A DNA stretch of 64,000 bases from contig CM052818.1 of NCBI GenBank assembly GCA_028534125.1, forward strand, positions 2,978,001 through 3,042,000, in the 5' to 3' direction. Below, piece by piece: positions 49,300 through 61,701 of this stretch (position 1 is its first letter; each line of letters starts with the position of its first letter). The DNA is from Lama glama (taxonomy: Eukaryota). Position numbers and translations under genes: made by a program. Under the pieces are notes generated by a model. It was not told the DNA's origin. It did no database searches and was given only the letters and a program-made list of their open reading frames with translations.

Positions 49300-50070
49300 G
49301 GATGGCCCGTTTCATTTACCAAATTGCACAATGAACACCATCCAGCCCCAAGATCTGAAACATTACCAATAACCTGCATCTGTCTCTGTGCTCTTTCTCA
49401 TCTCAACTCCCTGCCTCCCCTACCCTGCTCCCAAGCGCACTGGGTTCAATTTGTTTTCTTTATCATCCCTTGATTTACATATATATAATTTATCTTATAT
49501 CTTTTTAAGCCCATATTGTCTAAGTTTTGCTCGCTTTTTGCCTTTAGAAAAAGATACTATATTGTATCTAAAGTTTTCTAGGACTTGCTTTTTAATTCAA
49601 TATATTTTACTAACATTTATCCACGATGGTACGTGCCGTCCATCCATTTTCACCGCTCCGTGACATCCTGTCATGTGAACATACCACAATTCGTCTATTT
49701 CCTCCGTGATGATTGCCCAGGTTGTGTCCAGTTTTCGGCTATCACATCCGGTGCTGCTGTGAGCAATCCTGTACCTCCCGGTGACCATGTACACGAGATT
49801 TTCTCAGATGTATGTCTGGGAGCAGAATTGGTGAGATGTGCAAATAGTCAGCTTTGTAAGAGAATAACAACTGTTTTCCAGGACTGAGGATTGTCAGACT
49901 TCCTGATTTTTGCCCACCTAGGGGATGGTCAAATCCACAGTGGAGTGAATTTCCATTTCCCCCAATGCTGGCAACGCTCAGCCTCCTTTCATGCATTTAT
50001 TAGTTATATGTGTATTTCCTCTTCTGTGCAATAGCTGTTCTTGTATTCAGATATTGTGCTTCCGTATTCT
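49300..50070 (-). mobile_element. Old L1ME-like 3' fragment
   Basis: T-rich antisense L1 3'UTR motifs (gtgaacataccacaat, ggttgtgtccagttttcggctat, ctcctttcatgcatttattag). Confidence 0.6.
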
Positions 50071-50691
50071 TTTTTTTCTAACTAAACTTGATTTGTTAGA
50101 ATAGTTTTATGTTTACTCAGAAATTGCAATGATAATTCAAAGAGTTCCCCTCCACTCCCCACCTGGTTTCACCTATAATTAACATCTTCTATTAGTAAGG
50201 TTCATTTGTTACAATTAAAGAATCAATACTGATATATTATTATGAACTAAAGTTCAAATTTTGTTTAAAGTTCCTTAGTTTTTAACCAAATGTCGTTTTT
50301 CTGTTTGAGGACCCCATCCAGGGTACCAGACTACATTTCCTGTTCATGCCTCCTCAGGCTGCTCTTGGCTGTGACGGTCTTAGACTACACTTGTTTTTCA
50401 TAGATCTGGACAGTTTTGAAGGGTTCAGGTCAGGCATTTTGTAGATTGTGACTTAATTAAAATCTGCCTGATGTTTTCTCTTGATTAGACAGGTTATGCA
50501 GTTTGGGGAGGAAGAACACAGAAAGAAAGTGCCTTTCTCATTACATCTTATCAAGAATACCTTCTCTCAGCGTAACTGATGTTGAACTTGATCACCTGGC
50601 TGAGGTCGTGTTTGTAAAGTTACACTTTCCCCTGCTGTTCATACTGTATTCTTTGCAAGTCATACACAGCTCACACTTAAGGAGTGGGGAG

Positions 50692-51154
50692 CATGGTAGA
50701 CTGAATAATGGCCCCCACATAGGTTCACATCCTAATCCCCAGGACTTGGGAGTGTTACCTAATACTGCAAAAGTGATTTTGCAACTGTGATTAAATTAAA
50801 GATATTGACATGGGGAGATGATCTTGGATTATCTGAATAGACCCTAACAGCAATCATAAGCATCCTTATAAGAGAGAGGCAGCGGAGGATTGACACAGAA
50901 GAGGAAAACACAGTGTGACCACAGAAGCAGAGATGGGAGTAACGCGACCAGCAGTTACCAGCAGCTGCAAGAGCAGAGGACGGATTATCCCCTAGGACCT
51001 CTAGAGGAAGCACAGACGACAGACACCTTGATTTCAGCTCCATGATCCTGAGTTTGGACTTCTGGCTCCCACAACCATAAGAGAATAGATTGCTGTTGTT
51101 TTAGGTTACCAAGTTTGTGGTAATGTGTTACCGCAGACACAGGAAGCGAATACA
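50692..51154 (+). mobile_element. MLT1B/C-like MaLR solo LTR
   Basis: tggtagactgaataatggccccc...ccttataagagagagg...agtttgtggtaatgtgttac...aataca. Confidence 0.85.
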
Positions 51155-51247
51155 AAGAATTATGTTCCACCTCCTGGAAGGTGGAGTACATACATAAATT
51201 ACTTGGTATTCTGCACAGGAGTTTTGTCTCTTTACCCCCATTTCTTT

Positions 51248-51385
51248 TTTTTTTTTTTTTTAGTTATTGGGGGAGGTAATTAGATTTCTTTCTTTCTTTA
51301 TTTTTTAATGGCAGTACTGGGGATTGAACCCAGGACCAAATGCATGCTAAGCATGTGCTCTACCACTTGAGCTATACCCTCCCCC
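51248..51385 (-). mobile_element. vic-1-like SINE with TSD
   Basis: TSD ccccatttcttt at 51236-51247 and 51391-51402. Confidence 0.9.
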
Positions 51386-52049
51386 TTTTGCCCCATTTCT
51401 TTATTTAATCAATTATTTATATTAAGGCACACTCATAGATACTCATTTTATACTTTGGGTTATAATTTAGGAGTACTGTGTTCTGCGTTTTCACATTCTT
51501 TTTAAAGACAGAATGTCCTTCTCTGTGCAAGTAACCCACCACACCTACAGGTGCCTCTGTCCAGGCACATGAGAAGGTCCTAGGAACCAGATGGGGATTT
51601 GGAAGATGAGTTTGTCCAACCCTGTGACTGTGGCCCGAGGGCTGGGCATGCAAACTTTGAGCAGATACAGAGTAATAAACTTGCCATTAAAGCAATCATG
51701 CAAAAGACAGATTTACTCAGACCCATACAAACCAGATTTTGCATAGGAATGAATAAATGGATGGGTGATAGCTGTCAAATATCTGTCTATTCTTTTCAAT
51801 AATATATCAAGGAGCTTGATATTTAAGAAGACAAAATTAACTCAGGTCTTGGCTGGTGTCCCTGATGGTCTGTCGTTACCCTGGACCAAGCAGGAACAGC
51901 CACTGTGGTCTGCTTTCTTCACAAACACCTCGGGGAAGGCGCTCCACACCCTTACTTCATTCTCACTCAAAGAATTTTATGCTCCTCACAGACAAGGGTT
52001 TCCTTGTTCCCGGCAGAAGTCTCTTCGCTTGAATTCCAACTTTCAGCCT

Positions 52050-52076
52050 GAGAGAGAGAGAGTGTGTGTGTGTGTG
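52050..52076. repeat. (GA)n(GT)n compound microsatellite
   Basis: gagagagagagagtgtgtgtgtgtgtg. Confidence 0.9.
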
Positions 52077-52282
52077 TTTTCAAAAAGTTTCTCAATGCCC
52101 GAACTGGGTCGGGGGCAAGGAGAGTTGCAAAGGCAACTGAGGGAAAGGTGAAAAGGTGGTCCTTGAGGGAAAGGTGAAAAGGAAAGGACCCTTGGCTCAA
52201 GACTAGACACTCAGGCCTTTCATTTCCTTCAAGGGCCGTTAGTTCGCTATGAGCAAGCATATCAAGTCAAGAACACATTTCT

Positions 52283-52371
52283 GGGTATAGCTCAGAGGTA
52301 GAGCGCATGCCTAGCATGCACGAGGTTCTGGGTTCAATCTCCAGTGCTCCCATTAAAAGAAAAAAAGAAAA
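52283..52371 (+). mobile_element. vic-1-like SINE
   Basis: gggtatagctcagaggtagagcgcatgcctagcatgcacgaggttctgggttcaatc. Confidence 0.9.
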
Positions 52372-52419
52372 CCCACATCTCTCAAGGAAGGAGGAGATCA
52401 CAGCCCAGTCTCTAGGGTT

Positions 52420-52910
52420 TAAGAAGACAGCCCTGTGTTTAGGACAGCCCTGGGTGTTAGTTTTAGCTGCACCTTTTACCACTGTGTGACCTTGAGCAAG
52501 TACCTCCCTGGGTCTCACTTTTCTCACCTGTGAAACAGAGACCACATTGATGTCACCGGTTGCGTGAGGAGCAGACGGGATCAATGCTTCCATGGAACAT
52601 GGCAGAGCAACAACCACCACTGCTATTATTATTATTGTTACTGTTTTGTCATTATTCGTTACTATTATTTAGTAAGATCACAATAATAGCACTGGCTCTG
52701 GTGTCAGAGAAAGTTGATTTCAAATCCCAGTTCCACCACTATAATCCCAGGGCAAGGTATTTAACTTTTCTGTGCCTCGGTCTATCCATCTGTAAAATGG
52801 GGGCTATCTCATAGGATTATTAGAAACATTAAAATTAAATAAGATTAAATCTGATGATGCATGTGAGGCTCAGCACGTTGAATGGACTCAATCATGTGAA
52901 CTATTATTAC
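52420..52910 (+). mobile_element. Two MIR fragments (about 52420-52560 and 52680-52910)
   Basis: ctgtgtgaccttgagcaagt...; ttcaaatcccagttccaccact...ctgtgcctcgg...catctgtaaaatgggg. Confidence 0.75.
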
Positions 52911-53190
52911 CACATCAGCAGCATGTACTCCACATCACACCTATCAATGTGCCTTGGTCCCACGCTGGCCACAGTTCCCAAGGGCCTGCCAGCACAGCCC
53001 AAGGTCCTGAGCTGGTTTTAACCAGAACTGACAGCATATTAGGAGACCAATCCCCACCTCATACCCCCTCCTCCCACTGCACTGTGGCCTCCCAAGTTCT
53101 TAAATTACCATAGCTCCAAACTGCAATGTGTAGTCTTCACTGTAACTCTGAACAGGAGCCCTCAGGACAAAAACCCACCTTCTGCCTTGG

Positions 53191-53297
53191 TTTTTTGGGT
53201 TTATTTGTTTTTTTTTTTTTAATGGAGGTACTGGAGATTGAACCCAGGACCTCATGTATGCTAAGCACACACTCTACCACTGAGCTATACCCTCCCC
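53191..53297 (-). mobile_element. vic-1-like SINE
   Basis: atggaggtactggagattgaacccaggacctc...tgagctataccctcccc. Confidence 0.9.
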
Positions 53298-53699
53298 TCC
53301 GCCTATACCCTAAAGGAGGCTAAATCTGAGCCCCAACCCACACCACTTGGGCTCTGACTCCTTGCCCAACAGGTACTAGCCCCCTTGGGAACCTGGAACA
53401 TTCCACCTTTACCCTCCATTGCTGGTTAATGCCTTGCTTTGCCTCCCTCACTCTGGAACTGGGCCCTAGAGCTAGAGCCCTGCTCAGAAACCCCCTGCCC
53501 TCACTTCAGCCACCCCCATGGATACTGGTGTGACCCCACAGATACTGACACAGGCTGGCTCCTCCTGAAGGTCACTGTTCGTTCTAAGATTTTGGCATCC
53601 CGAACACCACCCAGCTCTCAATCCCTCCAGCCCCTGCCCACCCCTCTAGCCTGCTTGCTTCACAGCTGATGCCCTGAAGACTAGCCGTTACCTCGTTTT

Positions 53700-53840
53700 A
53701 CCCCCACAACAATCCTTGAATTGTCTTATTTCACAGATAAGGAAATGGAGCCCCAGAGATACTCAGAAATTTGCCCAGTGTCATGTGACTAATAACTTCC
53801 AAAGAACTCGAGCTCCCCTGACCTCTAGTTCGGGGCCCTC
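53700..53840 (-). mobile_element. MIR fragment
   Basis: atttcacagataaggaaatggagccccagaga...tttgcccagtgtca. Confidence 0.6.
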
Positions 53841-54479
53841 TCAGCTTCCTGTGTCACAGATCCAAAGCCTGGGAGAGCCAGCTCCCTAATTTTCACTTTG
53901 GATGAAAACTCAACTTAAAAGTCTTGGCAGGTATCACTCTTCCTGACTCCCAGGCGTTTGGCATTGGTTGGTGTATGTTTCCAGAGATATTTTTCTGCCT
54001 GGAGGGAAAAAAAGAAGGAGCATATTTCTGTTTGACTAAGAAACATGTAATCCCAAGGACGCCACACATTTTTAAGCCTTCAAACAGCACAGAGGCCTGA
54101 GCAACTGGAGAGACAGGAAAGGACTGAGCTGGGTGGAAACATATAAATTTTATTGCAAAGGGGCCCTTTAGGATATAAGTGCTGTTAACATGATCCCAAG
54201 AGGAGGGGAAAGGATTTTCCAAGGCTCTCCCACACTCAGTGGTGGCTCTGTATTTCAGAGGACCTGGGGCCCTGTGTGTCTCAGAAGTCAGAAACTTTGC
54301 CCTGGAGTCCCATGTGTACATAGGTGGGCACAATGGAACTGGCCCTGGTGGCCTTAAAAGCCACATTCGACATCATCAAGAGTCTTTGCTATGACAAAGC
54401 CCCCAACATATGTGTCTGGAGGAAAAGGAGATATCCCCACAGCCCTCATCACCACTGGAAATGACCTTGTTAATTTAAT

Positions 54480-54610
54480 TGTTTACATGTAGGTGCTCCC
54501 ATGTATGTTTCACAGGGTCAAGGACATGGATTGTTCACCACTGGATCCCCCGCTCCTACAACAGTGTCTGGCACTTGGCAAGCGATCAGTAAATATCCTT
54601 TGAGTGCATA
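54480..54610 (+). mobile_element. L2 3' end
   Basis: ttgttcaccactggatccccc...acagtgtctggcac...cagtaaatat. Confidence 0.6.
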
Positions 54611-54949
54611 TATTATAGTTTCCAGCTTGGACCTTCTGTGTTAGCTACCGGCAAGAAACAGGGTACTGTGTTCTTATTGGTCATGGTAGGGGAGGCCAGG
54701 TAGCCAGCCTCAGTCAGCTGCTCAGGGCTCAGAGGTTATTGCCAGGTGTAGCTAGCATAGGAGGGATCCAGGGCAGCTACCCTACCCATAATTCCACCCA
54801 GTGTTTTTGATATTTATTGATTTGCTTTTAATAACAAGTATTATAAAGAATTTCTCTGCCAAATGGCCCATCTCATTAAATCTACAAAATATCTTTCCTA
54901 TCCAAGTCTTAGCTATAAGTAATAACTGTGACTACTGGCCGTTTCATTT

Positions 54950-55150
54950 ACTGATTGACCACCCTGGGCCATGCATATTTGTCTCATCAAGTTTTTAAAG
55001 CCAGTGTTGGATTTGTGTTATTATCCTTATTTTATTGATGAAGAAACTAGGCTTGGAGAAGCTGAGGAACTTGGCCCAGAGCATAACAGCTGTTAAGCAA
55101 GGGACACAGCTGTGAATCAAGTGAATCCCACACCCCTGCCTTTGACCTGC
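54950..55150 (-). mobile_element. MIR fragment
   Basis: ttattatccttattttattgatgaagaaactaggctt...aacttggcccagag. Confidence 0.6.
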
Positions 55151-56517
55151 ATGCCATCTTGCACATTCTCACAAGGTCACAAAACAAGTGAACTGCCTTT
55201 TTTTTCCCCTCTCTGTCAAAACTCCAGCCCAAATTCTCTTGTCCCACCTGGATTGTTCAGTTATCTGCTGGGAAGCAGCAAAGTTGACTTTCTGAGTTGC
55301 CTGGGTCACTGAGGTCACCCCTTCCTGGCATACTATGTGAGTCAGATCAGAACAACCAAAGTGGTGACCAGCCATGGCACCCCTTAACTGCCCAAGAATA
55401 ATAATGCAGGTGGACGCAGCATAATGAAAGGAAATCGTGTTTTCCATCAACTTGTGCTCTTCCCTCTCTGGGCCTGCCCTCCCCTTCTCACCTATCTTGG
55501 GAAGAAATGAGGATAAGTGAAATAATTTACAGCAGTGTTGCAGAGCTCTGGGAAGGTGCCATTTCTAAGGCCCCTGAGATAATCATCTTAATCATCTTGA
55601 TGAAACTCTTATTAGGTCATGAGTCCATTGCGCTACCTAGCAAAGGCCAGGACCCACCCAGAATCCTTCCTGATGATATTTTCAATAACAACAGTTCCAT
55701 GGCTCCTGACATCCTCCAAGGAAGTGGCTTTCCTATCAGGGTAAAACAGAAAATCTGTTCTCTCCTGTTACATACCTGGTTTCCTATGTTAGCTTGACAG
55801 GGGTCATGGCCCCATCCAGCATCCTCTCTTCGCTTGAGTTCTCAGACCTCTCCAGGTCACCCATCACACTCACTCCCAAGACAACACCACCCCTGTCCCA
55901 CTGGAAGGGAATGAGCCCTGGGTCTCCATCTAAAGGGGGTCACAGTCCTGACGGACTCAGGAAGGAAGGAGGTCTACCAGTGTCCATTTTCTAGAGAAGG
56001 GATTTACAGGCATTCCAATTTCACCCTCTCAGAGGAGCCACCCTTTTCTAGCGGTTGCCTCAGGGAAGGCCCTGCAAAGGCCCTCAGATTTCCATCAGGG
56101 CTGACAGTCCAAAATCAATCTTTCATCTGCCCCACTGGCAGTGCACTCCATTTTGGGTGCCAAGAAAGAGGTACTTTAGCTGGGGGAGGTCAAGCGGAAA
56201 GGAAAAGATACATAACTGCAGCTGCATCGAGTCATGACGTCAGGGTCTGGAAACTGAAAAAGGCATGGGATGGAGAAAGGGGAGGGCTGTTTGTTTGGAA
56301 ACCATCTCACGCAGTCCAAATGAAACAAGCTATTTTTTCAAGTCCTCTTTTCATCTCTGCCCCATCTCTCTACTAATTCTTACCTCTTCTAAGAGCTGTC
56401 CCCCTCAACCCAATGTCTCACATCTATCAGAGTCTAGGGAAGTCTTCCTGATCCTCCAAGGCTTGAAATGCCCACATACGTAGTATCACCCATCCCATTT
56501 ACAAATGCCAAGAACAG

Positions 56518-57334
56518 GGTGTGGAGAAAAAGAAGTCCTCCTACACTGTTGGTGGGAACGCAAATTCGTGCAGTCACTATGGAGAACAGTATGAAGGTTC
56601 CTTAAAAAAACTGAAAATTAAAAAAAAAAGCCTGAAAACAGACTTACCCTATGATCCAGTAATTCCACTCCTAGGCATATATCTGGAGAAAACTAAAATT
56701 CAAAAAGATACATGCACCTCAGTGTTCACAGAAGCACTTTTTACAATAGCCAAGTCTTGGAAGCAACCTAAATGTCCATCGACAGATGACTGCTTAAAGA
56801 AGTTGTGGTATATATATGCAATGGAATACTACTCAGCCATAAAAAGGAATGAAATAATGTCATCTGCAGCAACAGGGATGGACCTAGAGATGCACTAAGT
56901 GAAGTTAAGTCTGACAGAGAGAGACAAATATCGTATGATATAGCTTATATGTGGAATCTTTTAAAATGACACAAACGAACTTGTTTATAAAACAGAAAGA
57001 GACTCACAGGCATAGAAAACAAACTGATGGTTACCAGAGGGGAGAAGGGGTGAGGGAGGGATAAATTGGGAGTTTGGGATTGGCAAATACAAACTACTAC
57101 ATACAGAATAGATAAACAACAAAGTCCTACTGTATAGCACAGGGAACTATATTCAATGACTTGTAGTAGCCTTGTAATTAAAAAGAATACACACACACAC
57201 ACATATATATGAATATATATATACACATATACATATATATATGAATCACTCTGCTATACACTGGAAATTAAAACCACATTGGAAATACACTAAACTTCAA
57301 TTTAAAAATGGGAAAAAATAAAATAAAATAAAGT
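56518..57334 (+). mobile_element. 5'-truncated L1 with TSD
   Basis: ORF2 C-terminal remnant (DLPYDPVIPLLGIY...), 3'UTR and A tail; TSD tgccaagaacag at 56506-56517 and 57335-57346. Confidence 0.92.
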
Positions 57335-58414
57335 TGCCAAGAACAGATCAAGGCCCACATCTTCTCTTTGAAGTCCTTCCTGAACATTGCAGCCACCTCT
57401 GATTTCTCTCCTTCCTCACCAGTCTTGGAACTTACCGACTGGATCATCTGTTTGAGCACCTGAGCCTCTGTTCAGCCCAACAAAGACGACAGCTCTTTCA
57501 TCTTGACAGTTCTCAGATTGTTCCATGTAAGTATCTTATCTTCTTGGGAAAACTGTAAGCTCCTTGGAGTCTCAGGCTGGGTCCTGTAGTCCTCTTGTAG
57601 GGGACACTGTGCACCGTCATGTGTCTGAAGACACAGGAAGTATTTAAATTTACGAAGCTTCATGAGCCAGACAGAATTAAAGGAGGCACGCAGCAAAACA
57701 TGAAGCCACTGGACACTCATGAGACAAATGGTTAGTGGCCTCTGGCTTTAGGTGGGGAATGCCTGGGATGGGCCCAAGGAGTGTGTCATTCTGGCTTGTC
57801 TGTTCCCTGTTATAACAAGTAAGCTGACAGAGAGCTCCAAGGTTGGACTGAGCAGCCGCACATGGAAAGTGACAAAGGAGGACAATTCATCCTTCATTTG
57901 AGTCAAGGCTCAACAGCAAAACAGACCAAACCAGGCTACCAAAACGATAAAAGTGTCCCTGAATAGATGCCAGTTTCACAGGATGTGCAGGTCATTAGTC
58001 CATTTTTGCACAGTTTTACATCCAATTTTCAAGGAGCGTCTGATTTCACCTCAGCCACTGTCCATGTTGAAACAAGAAGTAATTCATCAACTTGCCTAAT
58101 GGAACAAAGACAGAGGTCGCACTGAGAATTTAACTCACAGCTCTAGAATTTCAGATCTAACCCCTGCAATTGGCTCACTAGCACATGTGAACTCTAAGAG
58201 GACATTTTTTGTTTTGATGGCCTCCCCAGCAGATACTGGCAAGAATGAATTTTCTAGCCACTTTATGAATGGGAGAAATCAGCAAGCTGAGAAAAGACAG
58301 AGCTCGCCAGACAGGCCAGCGTGAGGTCAATGGTGGACTCTCTGTAGTGTCTCTCAGAGCTGGGAGCAGTCTTCGGTTTTACGGGCCAGGAGGCCAAGGT
58401 CCCAGGAGACTGCA

Positions 58415-58467
58415 TGACCTCCCCAAGGTCACGCAGCTTGACCTCCCCAAGGTCACACAGCTTGACC
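58415..58467. repeat. 24-bp tandem duplication (2.2 copies) in a MIR-like fragment
   Basis: tgacctccccaaggtcac[g/a]cagct x2 followed by tgacc. Confidence 0.9.
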
Positions 58468-58712
58468 ACCATGTTCCTGGAGCTGGGGCTTCAGTCTCTT
58501 AACTCCCAGTCCCAGGTTTCCCCAGTATACCAAGAAGAAAAGAATGCAAAGAATAAAAAAAGTGAGACACAAATTCTTTGGTAAAACTCGATGGGCGAGA
58601 AGGACAATGTCCTTTGAGAGCTCATGAAGAACTGAAAAAAAAATTCTCACAGAACCCCTGGAGCTGGCCGAAAGGCTCATAGTTCCAGAGGAATAAGGAG
58701 CACCAGACCTAG

Positions 58713-59090
58713 TGTATTCGTTTGCTAGGGCGCCGTAACAAATGCGACTGGGCGGTGTGAAAAGAGAAATAGATTTCCTCCCAGCTCTGGAGGCCGAAGT
58801 CTGAAGTGGAGGTGTCCGCAGTTGGTTCTTTCTGAGGCCGCTCTCCTTGGCTTGCACATGGCCGTCTTCTCCCTCTGTCTCCACGTGGTCTTCCTTCTAT
58901 GGGCGTCTGTCCTAATCTCCTCTTCTTCGAAGGACACCAGTCGCATTGGATTAGGACCCATTCATAGGATCTTACTTAAGCTGAGTTACATCTTTAAAGG
59001 TCCAGTCTCCAAATATCGTCACATTCTGAGGTAATGGGGGCTAGAACTTCCACACATGAATTTGAGGGGGGACACAATTCATCTGTAACA
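58713..59090 (-). mobile_element. MLT1A/A0-like MaLR solo LTR
   Basis: tgtattcgtttgctagggc...ctctggaggccgaagtc...gtcacattctgaggta...ggggacacaattca...taaca. Confidence 0.85.
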
Positions 59091-59433
59091 ACCACTAACA
59101 TTTTATTCTGAGGATATTTGTGGAGAGTTGTCCAAATTCTCCTCCTCCCACAAAAGGGATTTGAACTAGTCTGGTGGGACCTTGGCCTAGAAGCTACGCT
59201 GAGGCTGAGGTCCCTCAATCCAGCAATCAGAGGATGAATGAGGGACTTGGGCTCCCTGAAGAGTTACATGTCAGCCTTGCAGGGGCGACTGCTCTGAAAT
59301 GTCCCACACACTCTTGTCGGGTTCTCCTCACCCACCTCCTCAGGTCTCCACATGCAAATACGGAATAAACATCAGACGTTCTGAAAGAAATGGGGCTCTG
59401 CCTCTGGTCCATTTACAAGGAACAGAACTTTGG

Positions 59434-59583
59434 TTCTTGCGCACTTTTTTAGGGGCGGGGGGGGGTTCGATTTATTTATTTATTTATTTATTTTAATTTT
59501 TTTAATGGAGGGACTGGGGATTGAACCCAGGACCTCGTGCATGCTAAGCACGTGCTCCATCACTGAGCTATACCCTCCCTGCC
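59434..59583 (-). mobile_element. vic-1-like SINE with perfect 16-bp TSD
   Basis: TSD aggaacagaactttgg at 59418-59433 and 59584-59599. Confidence 0.92.
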
Positions 59584-60075
59584 AGGAACAGAACTTTGGG
59601 GTTAAAGAGTGAGAGGCAGAAGGCTGCGGCCCTGGCCTGGGCCCAAACGAGCAGTGCCCTCGGGCCCTGCAGTTGGTCAGACCGCTGCCAACCCAGCCAG
59701 CCTACACTGAGCGGGCGAGCCAGGCGGGGTGCAGCACCTCCCTCCTCTGGCTTCACACTTTCTTCATATTCTCCCCACATCTGCAGCAGCTTCCTGCAGG
59801 CAGATCTGTTGGTGCCTGCCTGTGTTTGGAAAGCCACCAAAGCAAAGATCAAAACGGCATCCAAACTGGTAGGAAAAAGTCTTGAATAGAGTTGGTCTTC
59901 TGATTCTGTAAGAAACAGGCCACGCAGATAGCACAGAAATTGTATTACTCAGGGCAAAGTGCCTGTTGATTTAAAAAAAAAATTGTAGGCAGTGGGAGCT
60001 ATGTTATGACGGTGTCCCATATGTGGGGCACTGGGACAACAAAGCTCAAAGTAAGATCAAAGATGCTTCTCTAGT

Positions 60076-60208
60076 GGGGAAGGTATAGTCCAAGTGGTAG
60101 AGCGCATGCTTAGCATGCATGAGGTCCTGGGTTCAATCCCCAGTACCTCCTCTAAGAATAAATAAGTAAATAAACTTAATTATCTGCCCCCCACTCAAAA
60201 AAAAAAAA
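60076..60208 (+). mobile_element. vic-1-like SINE with TSD
   Basis: TSD gcttctcta at 60065-60073 and 60209-60217. Confidence 0.9.
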
Positions 60209-60850
60209 GCTTCTCTAACCTTGCCTGGACTTACTGGAACATTTGCAGATGAGCCTTGTCTGCCTCCAAATGTGCAAGTCTCTACGAAAAAGATGAAACT
60301 TTGATTACTGGTTGCACCTTCACCCACATTTGTCAGAGGGACTAGATAGTACTGGACACAGAGCAAAATGGCAAAGTCCACCCACTTCTTTGGATACAGT
60401 GGCTTCCTTAACAAAGCTGGGGAGGCAGGCCGGTCACACAAGGTGCCCTCACATTAGTTAAGGTGCCCTCCCACCTCGGAGCTGGATGCCCCCTTGCTGC
60501 CCGCTGATGAGTCAGCATTAGTCAGTCCCCAGGACTTTTTATGGGCTTGCACCAAGCACTGCCTTCACGGAAAGCGTGACACATTCAGGGAACAGCAAGG
60601 GGCTCCCCATGGCTGGCCCCTCAGGGGTGTTTTGACTTGTAGAAGGTGAAATTTTCCTCTCAACGTCCAACGATATATGAACTCCAAAGAGGGCTGATTA
60701 ACCAGGTGTATTGTATATAGGAATTTAAGAATTAGAAAAGCCAGGGTTCATGTGTAGAAAAAAAAAACATAAATGGGATGTAAAGACAGAAAATGTTGTG
60801 CTCTTGTTTGTAAATATGCAGTAGATGCACAGTAAAAAGTGAGTGAATGA

Positions 60851-61701
60851 CACGAAAAAATGCTCACTCTCGCTAATTATCAAAGAAATTCAAATCAAAA
60901 CTACAATGAGGTATCACCTCAAACCAGTCAGAATGGCCATCATTAAAAAGTCCACAAACAATAAAAGTTGGAGAGGGTATGGAGAAAAAGGAACCCTCTT
61001 ACACTGCTGGTGGGAATGCAGTTTGGTGCAGCTGTTATGGAAAGCAGTATGGAGATTCCTCAAAAGATTGAAAATAGACTTACCATATAATCCAGCAGTC
61101 CCACTCCTGGGCATATATCCAGAGGGAACTCTAATTCAAAAAGATACATGCCCCCCAATGTTCACAGCAGCACTATTTACAACAGCTAAGACATGGAAAC
61201 AATCTAAATGTCCATCAACAGATGACTGAATAAGGAAGTTGTGGTATATACATATGTGAATATTACTCAGCCATAAAGAATAGAATAATGCCATTTGCTA
61301 CAACATGGATGGACCTGGAGGTTGTCATTCTAAGTGAAATAAACCAGAAGAAAAAGAAAAATACCATATGATATCACTTATATGTGGAATCTAAAAAAAA
61401 AAATACAAATGAACTTATTTACAAAACAGAAACAGACTCACAGACACAGAAAACAAGCTTATGGTTATCAGACGGGAAAGGGGATGGGAAGGGATAAACT
61501 GGGAGTGCAAGATTTGCAGATACAATACAGAAACAAGTTCATACTGCATAGTACAGGGAACTATATTCAACACTTTGTAGTAACCTATAATGAAAAAGAA
61601 TATGAAAAGGAATATATGTATGTATATGTATGATTGAAACATTATGTTGTACACCAGAAATGGACACAACATTATAAACTGACTATACTTCAATAAAAAA
61701 C
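60851..61701 (+). mobile_element. 5'-truncated L1 with TSD
   Basis: ORF2 C-terminal peptide [22 protein letters not shown]...LLHCWWEC... with a premature stop; TSD aaa[g/a]tgagtgaatga at 60836-60850 and 61702-61716. Confidence 0.93.

Larger units (their letters stand above)
50070..51480 (-). mobile_element. L1MC-like 3'UTR hosting MLT1 and SINE insertions
   Basis: ttaacatctt...catttgttacaattaaagaatcaatactgat...cacacttaaggagtgggga | ttatgttccacctcct continues after the MLT1. Confidence 0.7.

Noticed and set aside
6421..60208. tRNA-like A/B-box sequences as tRNA genes
   Set aside because: They are about 16 diverged copies with A-rich tails and often TSDs, so they are SINEs rather than tRNA genes.
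56521..61229. ORFs 56521-56898 and 60843-61229 as host genes
   Set aside because: They are L1 ORF2 C-terminal remnants inside 5'-truncated elements with TSDs, frameshifts or stops.
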